Assembly (NCBI GenBank): GCA_963790205.1
Contig: CAWBNQ010000008.1
Coordinates: forward strand, 160,001 to 224,000
Direction of reading: 5' to 3'
Source: Nitrospirota bacterium
GTDB taxonomy: Bacteria; Nitrospirota; UBA9217
Length of the DNA stretch: 64,000 bases
Below are positions 41,763-54,119 of this stretch, piece after piece (positions within the stretch are counted from its first letter, which is position 1; each line of letters starts with the position of its first letter). The translations under genes and the position numbers were made by a program. The notes under the pieces are model-generated. The model was not told where the DNA came from. It ran no database searches and was given only the letters and a program-made list of their open reading frames with translations.

Positions 41763-41834
41763 GCCCCTCACCTTTTGTCCCTTCCTTTTACGAACCTTCA
41801 CTTTCCCCGGAGGGGAGAGGGTTCGGTAAGGGGA
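41763..41834. repeat. REP-like palindrome (CCCCTCACC...GGGGAGAGGG type)
   Basis: gcccctcacc...ccttcactttccccggaggggagagggttcggtaagggga. Confidence 0.5.
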
Positions 41835-41976
41835 ACTTTCCTGGATGGAATTATCGCTACTTCGTTTGTATTGCCTTTTGTTCTCCCAGCCGCCTGCGGC
41901 ATGAGGTCCCCGTGTTTTTCTTGACCTGAATCCTGTTTTCAAGTAAACTCGTCCAAATGGAGCGGACCTACAATCT

Positions 41977-42489
41977 ATGACAAATATGATCGGGGCGGTG
42001 TGGGGACTCACAGGCGTAATGATGCTGCTGGCAAGCGCTATCTATCGGCTGACACCGCTGGCAATGGACGCCTTCGGGTATGAGCTGCGCTGGTATCACT
42101 GGATGTTTCTCGCATTCGTCCTCCTCTTTATGGCCTACCTCGAAGGATACCGCGCGTTCCAGCAGGGGTTTTCGCCGAGGGTCGCCGCCCGCGCCCGGTA
42201 TTTGAAGCATCATCGTAACGCCCTCCACACGGTCCTTGCCCCCCTGCTCTGCATGGGCTATTTTCATGCGACGAAAAGAAGACGGATAACGTCCCTCTCG
42301 GTAACGGCGGGCATCATCGTCCTGATCATCCTTGTCCGGTTCCTGCCCCAGCCCTGGCGCGGTATTGTGGACGCGGGCGTTGTCGTGGGCCTTGCGTGGG
42401 GTCTGGTATCTCTCCTCATATTCGGTCTCCAGGCCTTGAGCAGGGAACGGTTCAACTATTCACCCGAAGTGCCCGAAGAGCAGGAATAA
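41977..42489 (+). CDS. Hypothetical integral membrane protein
   Basis: Four hydrophobic segments; EGYRAFQ.GFSPRV and PQPWRGIVDAGVV.GL.WG. Confidence 0.75.
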   Translation: MTNMIGAVWGLTGVMMLLASAIYRLTPLAMDAFGYELRWYHWMFLAFVLLFMAYLEGYRAFQQGFSPRVAARARYLKHHRNALHTVLAPLLCMGYFHATKRRRITSLSVTAGIIVLIILVRFLPQPWRGIVDAGVVVGLAWGLVSLLIFGLQALSRERFNYSPEVPEEQE

Positions 42490-42551
42490 TCATTTCCGTC
42501 ATTCCAGAGTTATCGTCATACAAATTCAGGTTCGTTCTTGAAGGGGGATGG

Positions 42552-43271
42552 ATGCGTAGAATTTTCGTTGTGTTGCTCGTGTCGGGTTTCCTGGGAGCTA
42601 CGCTTGCGTACGCCGGCCTCATGGACAAAGTGCGGGACTACCGCGAGAAGACGCAGGGGACGAACGGAGAACCCGATACGAACACGGTCATCGCGGGGCT
42701 CAAAGAGGCACTGAACGTCGGGGCCCGGAACGGCGTCTCGTCCGTCTCGAAGCCCGACGGGTACTTCGGCAATCAGCTGATCAGGATCCCGATGCCGCCG
42801 AATATCGAAAGGATCGAGCGGACCCTCAGACGGTACGGGATGCACAAAGAGGCGGACGCCTTTATCCTGAGCATGAACCGGGCCGCGGAAAAAGCGGCGC
42901 CGCAGGCCCTTTCTTTCTTCGTTGCTGCTGTCAGGGAAATGAGCATTCCCGACGCCGTAAAAATATTGCACGGCGGCGACACGGCGGCAACGGATTTCTT
43001 GAAAGCGAAGACCTATGACCGCATATACGGCGCATTCAAGCCCGCGGTCTCTTCGGCCATGAGCGATGTGGGGGTTACGCGCTCATTCAAACAAATGATG
43101 GACAAGGCAAGGACCGTCCCCTTTTTGAAAAGCGAGGTCGTGGACCTCGACTCCTATGTAACGTCCAAGGCCCTGGACGGGCTGTTCGTCGTCGTGGGAC
43201 AGGAAGAGAGAAAGATCAGGAAAGACCCGAGGGCGCGGGTCACCGAACTGCTCCGGACCGTTTTCAAGTAA
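42552..43271 (+). CDS. DUF4197 domain exported protein
   Basis: GLKEAL, SMNRAAEKA, AAT.FL and ALDGLF...EE.KIR.DP.ARVT.LL..VF. Confidence 0.85.
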   Translation: MRRIFVVLLVSGFLGATLAYAGLMDKVRDYREKTQGTNGEPDTNTVIAGLKEALNVGARNGVSSVSKPDGYFGNQLIRIPMPPNIERIERTLRRYGMHKEADAFILSMNRAAEKAAPQALSFFVAAVREMSIPDAVKILHGGDTAATDFLKAKTYDRIYGAFKPAVSSAMSDVGVTRSFKQMMDKARTVPFLKSEVVDLDSYVTSKALDGLFVVVGQEERKIRKDPRARVTELLRTVFK

Positions 43272-43355
43272 TATCTGGTGCGGAAGCTCTTTCATCCCGC
43301 GTACTTCTCCTTGATTCTGAATCGGGAAACAGAGATAAAGGCAGGTATATAAAAT

Positions 43356-44387
43356 ATGACTGAACCGGAAATAAAGAAGTTCCCCGGCAAGTTGGTGGTG
43401 TTCCTCGTCGGCCAGACAGATCAAAACCTTTCGGCCACGGACGTGGTCGAGATCAAGACCGTAAAGAGCGCCCCGAGCTACCTGGACGTCATCCCCAAGC
43501 AAAAAATCATCAGAGCCGACAAGCGCAAGATCGACGGTGTCGAGGTCGGTTTTCTGGTCAAGGCCTATTTGCCCGACGCGGTCGTGGTCGAAGCTTCGCT
43601 TGAAATGACCGATATCCTTTCCGACATGACCCTGGAGTTTAAGCGCTCGATCCTCGGGGAATGCAGGAGCATCCTGGAGGAATTTACCTGCTGCCAGGAA
43701 TTCGACGAAGAATACACGGTGTACTGCATTTCCGGCTACAGTGGCGACCCCAAAACGTACCTGGCCATGTACCGCGACAAGGTCGCGGCTTTTCTCAAGA
43801 ACGAGCGGATGCCGCTCGACGAAGAGGAGGTGCAGGCCACGTTGTCCTCGTACCTGAAATACGGCAAGCACGATATCACGGTCGTTGACTGGGACGGCGC
43901 GTTCATCTTCGATTCAACCGGAGATTTTGACAGCAACATCGAGTTGTTCCAGATCGCCAACCTGCAGCTCCTGAAGTCCCGCATGCTCGACGATGAGCTC
44001 GACGACCGGCTCGAGAAGACCCTGAAGCTCCTCAAGGCGCCCAAGCGGTTCCCGATCATCAGGTCCAGCGAGATGAAAAGAGTGCTCAAAGAGATCATCG
44101 AGATACGGACCCAGTCCATCTTCGAGTCTGAGACCATGGAGCGCAACATCAAGTTGATCGGCGATTGGTACTCTGCAAAGCTTTACTCACTGATCGCCAA
44201 GAAGTTCCACCTCGAGGACTGGAAAGCGGAGATCAAGGAAAAGCTCGACACCCTCGAAGACATCTCCACCATGGCCACGGAGAACTTCAGCGTGTCCTAC
44301 CGTGCGACGCTGGAATTCATCATCCTTGCCGGGTGGTTCATCCTCCTGCTCCTCTATGTGGGCGAGTTCCTGTTCACGAAGAAGTGA
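43356..44387 (+). CDS. Hypothetical protein with C-terminal TM (RMD1/CorA-like architecture suspected)
   Basis: 343-aa ORF with normal codon usage, helical C-half and one terminal TM; VVDWDGAFI...ANLQLL motif. Confidence 0.6.
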   Translation: MTEPEIKKFPGKLVVFLVGQTDQNLSATDVVEIKTVKSAPSYLDVIPKQKIIRADKRKIDGVEVGFLVKAYLPDAVVVEASLEMTDILSDMTLEFKRSILGECRSILEEFTCCQEFDEEYTVYCISGYSGDPKTYLAMYRDKVAAFLKNERMPLDEEEVQATLSSYLKYGKHDITVVDWDGAFIFDSTGDFDSNIELFQIANLQLLKSRMLDDELDDRLEKTLKLLKAPKRFPIIRSSEMKRVLKEIIEIRTQSIFESETMERNIKLIGDWYSAKLYSLIAKKFHLEDWKAEIKEKLDTLEDISTMATENFSVSYRATLEFIILAGWFILLLLYVGEFLFTKK

Positions 44388-44471
44388 TGCTGATCCATTG
44401 CCGGATACTCCCGTTACAAACAATTTTTCTTTTGATGATATCCTCGCTTATCTCGCCGGAAAGGGATCCCC

Positions 44472-46724
44472 GTGTCAATAGACCACATCAGCATCATCGC
44501 CGCAGAGCTCACGGTAAATAAACAACAGGTCCAGGCCTGCGCAGCGCTCCTCGATGAAGGCGCTACGGTGCCGTTTATCTCCCGCTACCGGAAGGAGGCC
44601 ACCGGCTCTCTTGATGAAGTGGCTGTTGCCGCAGTCCGCGACCGGCTTGCGCAGCTCAGGGAACTGGACAAGCGGCGCGAGGCCATCCTGAAATCGCTTG
44701 AAGAGACGGGAAAACTGACGGACGAGCTGAAGGAAAAGGTCTTCTCGGCCCAAACGCTGACGATGCTCGAGGATATTTATCTTCCTTACCGCCCAAAGCG
44801 GCGCACCAGGGCGATGATCGCCCGGGAGAAGGGACTTGAGCCGCTGGCACAGCGCATATTTTCTCAGGAGCCCGGAATCGATCCAGCGGGCGAGGCAGCT
44901 GCGTACGTTGATGCGGAAAAAGGCGTCGATACCGCGGATGACGCTCTTGCAGGAGCGCGGGACATTATTGCCGAGCTGGTGAATGAGGACCGGAACGCGC
45001 GGCAGAAAATGCGCGAACTCTATACCACAAAGGGACAGTTCAAGACGAAGGTCTTAACGGGAAAAGAAGAAGAGGGGATCAAGTACAAGGACTATTTCGA
45101 ATGGCAGGAACCGATCAACGCTGCCCCGTCCCATCGCATCCTGGCCATGAGGCGGGGAGAGAAAGAAGGTTTCCTGGTCCTTCGCGCCAACCCGCCCGAG
45201 GAAGAGGCGCTTTTGCTCCTGGAAGCGCTGTTCATCCACGGCGAGGGCCCCGCAGTGCAGCAGATGAAGCTCGCGGTCCATGACTGCTACAAGAGACTCC
45301 TCTCCCTGTCCATGGAAACCGAGATACGGGTTTCGACCAAGGAACGGGCGGACGCCGAGGCCATTCGCGTGTTCGGAGAAAACCTCCGTCAGCTCCTGCT
45401 TGCACCGCCGCTCGGGCAGAAAAACGTGCTGGCCATCGACCCGGGGTTCCGCACGGGATGCAAAGTGGTCTGCGTGGACCGACAGGGGAAGTTTCTGCGG
45501 AACGACACGATCTATCCGCATTTTTCAGAAAAGAACTCAGGCGAGGCAGGGGAGAAGATCGTCGAGCTCTGCAGGAAATATAACATAGAAGCCATCGCGA
45601 TCGGGAACGGCACCGCGGGGCGGGAAACGGAGTCTTTCGTAAGAAAACTCGGACTTCCGGCATCGATCCAGATCGTGATGGTGAATGAGAGCGGAGCGTC
45701 GGTCTATTCAGCGTCCGACGTGGCGCGCGAGGAATTTCCCGACCAGGACTTGACCGTGCGGGGGGCCGTCTCGATCGGCCGGAGAATAATGGACCCTCTT
45801 GCCGAGCTCGTCAAGATCGACCCCAAGGCGATCGGGGTGGGCCAGTATCAGCACGACGTGGACCAGACGGCGCTCATGCGAAGCCTCGACGACACGGTCG
45901 GCAATTGCGTGAACGCCGTCGGGGTCGAGGTCAATACGGCAAGCAAGCAGCTGCTCATGTATGTCTCGGGTCTCGGCCCGCAGCTTGCCGCGAACATTGT
46001 CGAGTATCGAAATCAGCATGGGCCTTTTACATCGCGCGAAGAACTTACAAAGGTGCCCAAGCTGGGACCGAAGACCTTTGAGCAGGCAGCGGGTTTTTTA
46101 CGCGTCCGGGGCGGGAAGCATCCGCTTGATGCGAGTGCTGTCCATCCGGAAAGCTATCACCTCGTGGATGCCATAGCAAGGGACCTGAATTGTTCGGTAC
46201 TCGATCTGCTGCAAAGCGAGGACCTGAGAAAGAAGATCGATCTGAATAACTATGTGACCGACTCGATCGGCCTCCCGACGCTGAAGGACATCCTGTCCGA
46301 ACTCGCCAAGCCGGGAAGGGACCCGCGCGAGCAGTTCGAGACCTTCAGCTTTGCCGAGGGGATCGAGAAGATCGAGGACGTGCAGCCGGGGATGAAACTG
46401 CCCGGCATCGTGACGAACATAACCGCTTTCGGGGCCTTTATCGATATCGGCGTGCACCAGGACGGCCTGGCGCACATCAGCCAGCTTTCGGACCGGTTTA
46501 TAAAAGATGTGAACGAGACGGTAAAGGTCCGGCAGCACGTAATGGCCACAGTGCTCGAAGTGGATGTAAAGCGGAAGAGGATATCTCTGTCTTTGAAAAG
46601 AAATCCGCAACAGCCGGGGAACCAGGAGAGACAGCAGAAGCGGCAACCGAAGGAAAAACCGAAGGAGAAACCGCGAACAGATTACAATGCCTTACAACAG
46701 GCGTTTACGAAGAACCGGACATGA
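44472..46724 (+). CDS. tex: Tex family RNA-binding transcriptional accessory protein
   Basis: GATVPFISRYRKEATG, IDPGFRTGCK, IGVGQYQHDV and C-terminal S1 domain. Confidence 0.96.
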   Translation: MSIDHISIIAAELTVNKQQVQACAALLDEGATVPFISRYRKEATGSLDEVAVAAVRDRLAQLRELDKRREAILKSLEETGKLTDELKEKVFSAQTLTMLEDIYLPYRPKRRTRAMIAREKGLEPLAQRIFSQEPGIDPAGEAAAYVDAEKGVDTADDALAGARDIIAELVNEDRNARQKMRELYTTKGQFKTKVLTGKEEEGIKYKDYFEWQEPINAAPSHRILAMRRGEKEGFLVLRANPPEEEALLLLEALFIHGEGPAVQQMKLAVHDCYKRLLSLSMETEIRVSTKERADAEAIRVFGENLRQLLLAPPLGQKNVLAIDPGFRTGCKVVCVDRQGKFLRNDTIYPHFSEKNSGEAGEKIVELCRKYNIEAIAIGNGTAGRETESFVRKLGLPASIQIVMVNESGASVYSASDVAREEFPDQDLTVRGAVSIGRRIMDPLAELVKIDPKAIGVGQYQHDVDQTALMRSLDDTVGNCVNAVGVEVNTASKQLLMYVSGLGPQLAANIVEYRNQHGPFTSREELTKVPKLGPKTFEQAAGFLRVRGGKHPLDASAVHPESYHLVDAIARDLNCSVLDLLQSEDLRKKIDLNNYVTDSIGLPTLKDILSELAKPGRDPREQFETFSFAEGIEKIEDVQPGMKLPGIVTNITAFGAFIDIGVHQDGLAHISQLSDRFIKDVNETVKVRQHVMATVLEVDVKRKRISLSLKRNPQQPGNQERQQKRQPKEKPKEKPRTDYNALQQAFTKNRT

Positions 46725-46776
46725 GGCATCTGACAGGCCTCTGAAAAACCATTTTGTTCTGTCATCTGATCGAAGA

Positions 46777-46998
46777 TCATTTCATGTTCATTGGTTTTGC
46801 CTTTTCTGCTGACTTCTTCCTGTCGGCCGGTTTGACGACCCCGGCCTCCCGCTCTATTCTTTTTTCGTATCTCTTCTTCACGATCATTTCCGCCTTGAAC
46901 CAATCTTCCATGTCCTGTCCATGGACCCTTCCTCTTTTTTCATAAAGTTCATATGCTACTTTTTCCACCTCATCATAGAAATTCGTGAGCTCATTCAT
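46777..46998 (-). CDS. DUF2934 domain small protein
   Basis: AYELYEKRGRVHGQDMEDWFKAE; AGGAG RBS. Confidence 0.85.
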   Translation of the reverse strand: MNELTNFYDEVEKVAYELYEKRGRVHGQDMEDWFKAEMIVKKRYEKRIEREAGVVKPADRKKSAEKAKPMNMK

Positions 46999-47148
46999 TC
47001 GGCGTCTCCTGCCTTTCACTTGCAGTTTTGGAATACTGTATCAGGGAAGAAAAGACTTTGCGCAGCTGGTGAAAAGTATAGCTGAATTTGATTCTGATGG
47101 AAAGGACAAAAGGGGATCTTAACAAGTACGCTTTTGAGGTGACAAACA

Positions 47149-47199
47149 AACAGGCAGACAGATTTGGCGCCTGGACCTTTGCGCGCCAACCTGCCTGTT
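47149..47199. terminator. Stem-loop downstream of tatA (possible terminator)
   Basis: AACAGGCAG...TTGGCGC...GCGCCAA-CCTGCCTGTT. Confidence 0.45.
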
Positions 47200-47221
47200 A
47201 TTGCTGCTCTCGTATTGTCTC

Positions 47222-47413
47222 TTAGGACTTCTTTTCTTCTTTCTGCGCTTCCGTCCCGGCTTCTTCCTTATCTGAAGAAAGGGCTTTTTTAAATGCCTTT
47301 ATGCTTTTGCCAAGCCCCTCGCCCAGTTCCGGAAGTTTTCCCGGACCGAAGATGATCAAAACGATGAAAAGGATAAGCAGCAGATGCATCGGCTGGAACA
47401 GGCCTCTACCCAT
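47222..47413 (-). CDS. tatA: Twin-arginine translocase TatA/E subunit
   Basis: [36 protein letters not shown]. Confidence 0.92.
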   Translation of the reverse strand: MGRGLFQPMHLLLILFIVLIIFGPGKLPELGEGLGKSIKAFKKALSSDKEEAGTEAQKEEKKS

Positions 47414-47474
47414 GTGAATTTCCTCCTTATTGTTTATCGACGCACGATGTTTGTACGCGAAAATCAAGAGATCG

Positions 47475-48842
47475 TTATTCCGCTGCCAGCCCGTACTTCT
47501 TGAGTTTCCTCCAAAGCGAGACGCGGTCGATGCCTAGGATCTGGGCGGCGAGGGTCTTGTTGCCGCCGACTTCGTTCAGCACCCATTTGATATAGGACTC
47601 CTCCTGCTCGTCAAGCGACGGGATCTTGCCTTCCTTTTTTCTGAAGGTCTTGATGCTCAGCTCCCGTAAATCCTCGGGTAGATGGGCGAGCTCGACTGTG
47701 CCGCCGGTGGCGAGCGCCACGCCGCGCTCCATGATGTTCTCGAGCTCCCGCACGTTGCCGGGGAAATCGTAGTTCACCAGCAGGCCGAGCACTTCCGGAG
47801 AGATCTCATTGACGTTCTTTTTCATGATCACGGCGTACTTTTTCAGGAAATAGTACGAGAGCAGAGGAACGTCGTCCTTGCGTTCCGACAGGGGGGGGAT
47901 GCGCAGAGACACCACGTTCAGCCTGAAGTAAAGGTCCTGCCGGAAGGCGCCCTCCTTGATCGTGTCCTGGATGTTCCGGTTCGTGGCGGCGACGAGCCGT
48001 ACGTCGACTTTGATCGCCTCGGTGCCGCCCACCCGCATCATCTCCCGTTCCTGGATCACCCGCAGGAGCTTTACCTGCATGGACGGCGGCATCTCGGTGA
48101 TTTCATCGAGGAATAGGGTCCCGCCGCTGGCCATCTCGATGAGGCCTTTCTTCATCGTATTTGCACCGGTGAACGCGCCCCTTTCATGGCCGAAAAGCTC
48201 GTTCGAAAGAAGCTCCTCGGTGAAGGCGCCGCAGTTGATTGCGGAGAAGGGCCCCTCCACGCGTTTGCTGCTGATGTGGATGTACCGTGCGAAGAGCTCC
48301 TTGCCGGCGCCGCTCTCGCCGGTGATGAGCACGTTGCAGTCCGTGGGTGCTATCTGCCGCGCGGTTTCGAGGAGGCGCCGCATGTTCGGGTCCTGGGTGA
48401 TGATCTTGACCCGCCCCTGGTAGTGTTCGAGGTGCTCCCGGAGCTGCTGGTTCTCCTTCTTGAGCAAGACCTTGGTAACGGCCTCCTTCACGACCTTCCG
48501 CACCTCGTCGAGCTTGAAGGGTTTGGCGATATAGTAGAACGCGCCGTGCTTCATGGCCTCGACGCCGGATTCGAGCGTGGCGAAGCCGGTGATCATGACC
48601 ACTTCCGTGTCGGGGTAGAGCTCGCGGCAGCGCCGGAGGATCTCCATGCCGTCGACCTTCTCCATGCGAAGGTCGGTGAGCACAACGTCGAACGGCTGCT
48701 CTTCGAGGAGCTTGAGCGCATTCGCCCCGCTCTGGGTGCCGAAGACGTCGTAGCCTTCCTTTTTCATGACGTGCTCGAGGTTCCTGAGCGCCACGCGCTC
48801 GTCGTCGATGATGAGAAGTTTCGTGCTGTTGTTCATTATCAT
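47475..48842 (-). CDS. Sigma54-dependent response regulator (NtrC family)
   Basis: REC domain, [29 protein letters not shown] and Fis-type HTH. Confidence 0.96.
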   Translation of the reverse strand: MIMNNSTKLLIIDDERVALRNLEHVMKKEGYDVFGTQSGANALKLLEEQPFDVVLTDLRMEKVDGMEILRRCRELYPDTEVVMITGFATLESGVEAMKHGAFYYIAKPFKLDEVRKVVKEAVTKVLLKKENQQLREHLEHYQGRVKIITQDPNMRRLLETARQIAPTDCNVLITGESGAGKELFARYIHISSKRVEGPFSAINCGAFTEELLSNELFGHERGAFTGANTMKKGLIEMASGGTLFLDEITEMPPSMQVKLLRVIQEREMMRVGGTEAIKVDVRLVAATNRNIQDTIKEGAFRQDLYFRLNVVSLRIPPLSERKDDVPLLSYYFLKKYAVIMKKNVNEISPEVLGLLVNYDFPGNVRELENIMERGVALATGGTVELAHLPEDLRELSIKTFRKKEGKIPSLDEQEESYIKWVLNEVGGNKTLAAQILGIDRVSLWRKLKKYGLAAE

Positions 48843-48915
48843 TTCACTCCAGGTTTTTCAAAAAAGGATTTCTAGTTTAGAATTTATGGCTTATAGCTGA
48901 AGCAGTGACCTTAAA

Positions 48916-50470
48916 CTACAAACTGATTTTATTCACCGGCAGCCGTATCAAGAACGTCGTGCCTTTCCCCGGCTCGCTGTCCACAGCGATGCAGCCGTCG
49001 TGCTCCTCGATGATCTCGTGCACGATGTAAAGGCCGAGGCCCGAGCCCTTGCCCACGTCCTTGGTCGTGAAAAAGGGGTCGAAGATCTTCGACAGGGCGT
49101 CAGCGGAAATGCCCGGGCCCGTGTCACGCACTTGGATATCGATGGTGTCCTCTTCGAGCGTGCATTTAGCGCGATATTTAAGATAATTGTAGATGCCCGT
49201 GTCGTCTCCGGCCTGGTCAAGGGCGCTGTGCCGATCTGGCGGTCACCAGGACCGCGCCCCCGTTCTCGGCTACGGCATCGAGGGCGTTCTTGATCAGGTT
49301 CAGAAAGGCCTGCTGGATGCGCTGCTTGTCCGCTATGATCGTGAGGTCATCGGGGATGTCCATAGAGACCGTCGTGTTTGCGGGCATCTGGCCTTTTACG
49401 AACCGGATCGTCTCCTCGAATAGGGACCTGACCGGCAAATCCTGCTTCTTAAAGTCCTTGTCGCGCGAGAACTCCAGGAGCGAGCGGACGATGTTCCTCG
49501 CCCGGTCGGTCTGGTCGTTTATCTGGGCCAGCATCTCCGTCACAAAGTCCGGGTTCACGCACAGGCGGCCGGAGGCCGGATTTTCCCGCGACTCTTTCAG
49601 CTCTTCCAGAAGGATCTGGTTGGACGACGAGATGTTCGACAGCGGATTGTTGAGTTCGTGCGCCACGCCCGAAAGGAGCGTGCCGAGGGAGGCAAGCTTC
49701 TCGGACTGGACCAGGTGGCGCTGCCTTAGTTCCAGTTCGCGCAGCATTTTATTGAAGGCGTTGGTCAAGGACGCGATCTCCCGGTCCCGGGAGTCGATCT
49801 CTATCTTCTCGAACCGTCCGTCCGCGATCACTTCCATGTTCTTCTCAATGAGCTTGAGGGGCTTCACGACCATCCGGGACAGGACCTGGCCGATGGCGAT
49901 GACGGCGATAGAAAGCAGGATGATCGAAAAAATGAGGGTCTGCTGGGAGGTGGTCAACAGCGCTTGGACGCTGGTGCGCTCGGTCTTCGATATTTCCTCC
50001 GCGATCGTGATGATGTCCTTACCCGTGACGCGGATCCCGCTTTCGAGCATGGTCTTACGCGCTTTGTGCCCGACGCGTTTTTTTCTTGTGCCGGGCGCGG
50101 TCAGTGCGGCGTACTGTTCCATGAGCCCATGATAGACCGCGAGCCGGTCCCGGAGGGACTCTACCTGCGCCGTCGGGGCGAGAGCGGCAAAACCCTTGAG
50201 GTTACTTTCGAGGAGCTCACGGGCCTTGCTCACGTAGCGGGAATTTTCCCGGTAGTCCGACTGCTTCTCGTAAAGGAAATAGTTCTTTTCAAACCGCCTG
50301 ATCTCGAGGGTGGTGTCGAAGAACTCGGAAATGGCCTCGCCGAAGATGATTTTCCGTTCGATGAACCGCAGTTCGAGGAACGTGAACAGGGTGAGTCCGA
50401 TGATGATGACCACGATGGCATAGTAGCCAAAGGTGATCTTCTGTCTGATGCTTGGTTTGTAGTTGAACAT
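48916..50470 (-). CDS. HAMP sensor histidine kinase, interrupted by a +1 frameshift near 49234
   Basis: 2 [16 protein letters not shown] and NLIKNA; removing one base joins RHSALD...DTGPGI...[15 protein letters not shown]. Confidence 0.88.
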
Positions 50471-50485
50471 GATTAAATCCAAACA

Positions 50486-50551
50486 AGTTTGAGGTCTCGA
50501 ATTTGAAGTCTCAAGTTTGAAGTCTCAAGTTTAAAACCGAGACTTGAGACT
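50486..50551. repeat. 14-bp tandem repeat with a short inverted arm
   Basis: (AGTTTGAAGTCTCA)x~3, then gagacttgagact. Confidence 0.65.
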
Positions 50552-50567
50552 ATAACCTGCTCCTGCT

Positions 50568-52565
<1,998 letters not shown>

Positions 52566-52680
52566 TGTTCACCTTATTTTACCAGGAAGCCTGTCAATGC
52601 GACGAGTAAAAGACAAAGCTGTTCGGGCCTGATGAAACGATGTCACTGCGTTTTCGCATCCCCGCTGCAGCGGGTCATCT

Positions 52681-52740
52681 ATTGCCGCGTCTCTCCGCTC
52701 CTCGCAATGACAACAACGGGGACTTTTTACGAGATCATCA
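52681..52740 (-). repeat. Remnant of a MITE/RPE-like palindromic element
   Basis: Reverse strand reads TGATGATCTCGTAAAAAGTCC...GTCATTGCGAGGAGCGGAGAGACGCGGCAAT. Confidence 0.55.
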
Positions 52741-52751
52741 AGGATAATATA

Positions 52752-52853
52752 GTTGCATTTTACAACGTTTCCATTTCCAATGCAACAAATTAATTTAACC
52801 CTTATATTCAAGATGTAAGCTGGTTTTAAGGAAATACTATTGCATTATAAAAC
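52752..52853. promoter_or_regulatory. Three putative upstream activator sites for the sigma54 regulator
   Basis: GTTGCATTTTACAAC (52752), reverse GTTGCATTGGAAATG (52772-52786) and ATTGCATTATAAAAC (52839), 80-180 bp upstream of the -24/-12 site. Confidence 0.55.
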
Positions 52854-52929
52854 AGACCGGTCATCATTACATTATGACTATCCCTAAAATAGCCGCATTA
52901 TTTCAATGTGTTCATCCGTTTTGTTCTTT

Positions 52930-52945
52930 TGGCACGGGAGTTGTA
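52930..52945 (+). promoter_or_regulatory. Sigma54 (-24/-12) promoter
   Basis: TGGCAC-GGGAG-TTGTA versus consensus TGGCAC-N5-TTGCW; adjacent to a sigma54 activator gene. Confidence 0.75.
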
Positions 52946-52977
52946 ATTAAGTAAGGTAAGACTACAGGAAAGGAGGC

Positions 52978-53160
52978 ATGACCATGAAGACCTTACTCAA
53001 GAAATTTGAAGCAGCGATGGTAGCTGCGACCTTTGCGGAAGCAGGGGAATTCGAGACCGCACGACAGATCATGAACGAAGGCCGGCCCAGAAAGAGCGAT
53101 CGGCCCTCTGCCCATGATTACCAGAGACCGGCAGCCAGTAAAGAATTGCGCGCCGACTAA
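52978..53160 (+). CDS. Small protein with an AATFAEAGE motif
   Basis: AAGGAGG RBS (start may be 52984); first gene after the sigma54 promoter; motif shared with the next ORF. Confidence 0.75.
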   Translation: MTMKTLLKKFEAAMVAATFAEAGEFETARQIMNEGRPRKSDRPSAHDYQRPAASKELRAD

Positions 53161-53207
53161 GGGCCGAAGTGGTTTCATTATGAACCTGGCTCTGGCGGGG
53201 ATGAAGC

Positions 53208-53711
53208 ATGAGCGCAAACAAACTGAAGAAGATAATGAAAAAGATGGAAGACGTGCTCGCTGCAACGTCGTTCGCTGAAGAAGGGGAGGGCGACGCGGCA
53301 CGATCGATTCTGACCGAAGGAAGGCGCGTACTGCTGGCGCTCAAGGAGGGAAGGATCGACATCAAAACCCTGAAATATGCCGTGAACACTTCCAAGCGTA
53401 TCGGTGCCAATCTCGATGTTCTCTATGTTGCCTCTGTGGGGAGACAGGGCGTCGCCGATGATCCCTTGCTCGGGGTTCTTCAGTCTGAACTTTCCGCGGA
53501 AGACGTACCATACCGGCTGATCCGGAAAACTGGCTGCCTCAAACAGGCGGTCATCGATTACACGAACCGGGAGAAGGAAATCCTGTTCGCAGTGGTCGAG
53601 TCGCCGAACAGCCTGGACGCCGACTGCAACAACAAGGACACACGGCTCTCGGAATTATGGCAGCAGCTCAAATGCCCGCTCGTCGTGGTCATGGACGAGG
53701 CACGGGCGTGA
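53208..53711 (+). CDS. FAEEGE-motif protein with a degenerate Usp-like domain
   Basis: AATSFAEEGE, then RVLLAL...YAVN...LDVLYV...LKCPLVVV. Confidence 0.75.
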   Translation: MSANKLKKIMKKMEDVLAATSFAEEGEGDAARSILTEGRRVLLALKEGRIDIKTLKYAVNTSKRIGANLDVLYVASVGRQGVADDPLLGVLQSELSAEDVPYRLIRKTGCLKQAVIDYTNREKEILFAVVESPNSLDADCNNKDTRLSELWQQLKCPLVVVMDEARA

Positions 53712-53721
53712 ACCAAACAAC

Positions 53722-53837
53722 TTTCACCACGAAGACACACCCTACATTCGCGTTATCACTCGTAACCGCTGGGTGCAGGCGAAGTCATTAAGAAAAGCAA
53801 AGACCGAACGTTTGTGTCTTAGTGCCTTAGCGGTAAA
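53722..53837. repeat. Octamer palindromic element carrying a nested 42-bp hairpin insert (53739-53780)
   Basis: ccacgaagacac[insert]gaagtcattaag...tttgtgtcttagtgccttagcggt. Confidence 0.75.
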
Positions 53838-53866
53838 TAATTTACTTACTTTAAGGAGGAACTATC

Positions 53867-54118
53867 ATGGCACAGAGCGCCACACGAAAGAAGCCGGTGG
53901 GCGCGTTGATCGTTATGGGCATTATTTCCATAGCGCTCTACGCGACCCTTCTGCTCAAGCAGGATTGGGTAAACAACACCTTCGCGAAGGGCGGAGTGTA
54001 CGCACTGTTACCGATCGTCACGGCATTTGTATTCTCATACGTACACGGCACGTTTACGGGCCACTTTTGGACCGTTTTCGGCATCGAGGCCGCGAAGAAA
54101 AAAAAGGAGGTAAAGTAA
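53867..54118 (+). CDS. Small 2-TM membrane protein associated with TauE
   Basis: AAGGAGG RBS; PI.TAFVFSYVHG.F...FW...GIE. Confidence 0.8.
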   Translation: MAQSATRKKPVGALIVMGIISIALYATLLLKQDWVNNTFAKGGVYALLPIVTAFVFSYVHGTFTGHFWTVFGIEAAKKKKEVK

Positions 54119-54119
54119 C

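Noticed and set aside
50486..50551. CRISPR array from the short tandem repeats here and at 29211 and 32320
   Set aside because: Units are 7-14 bp, contiguous and lack unique spacers; no cas genes.
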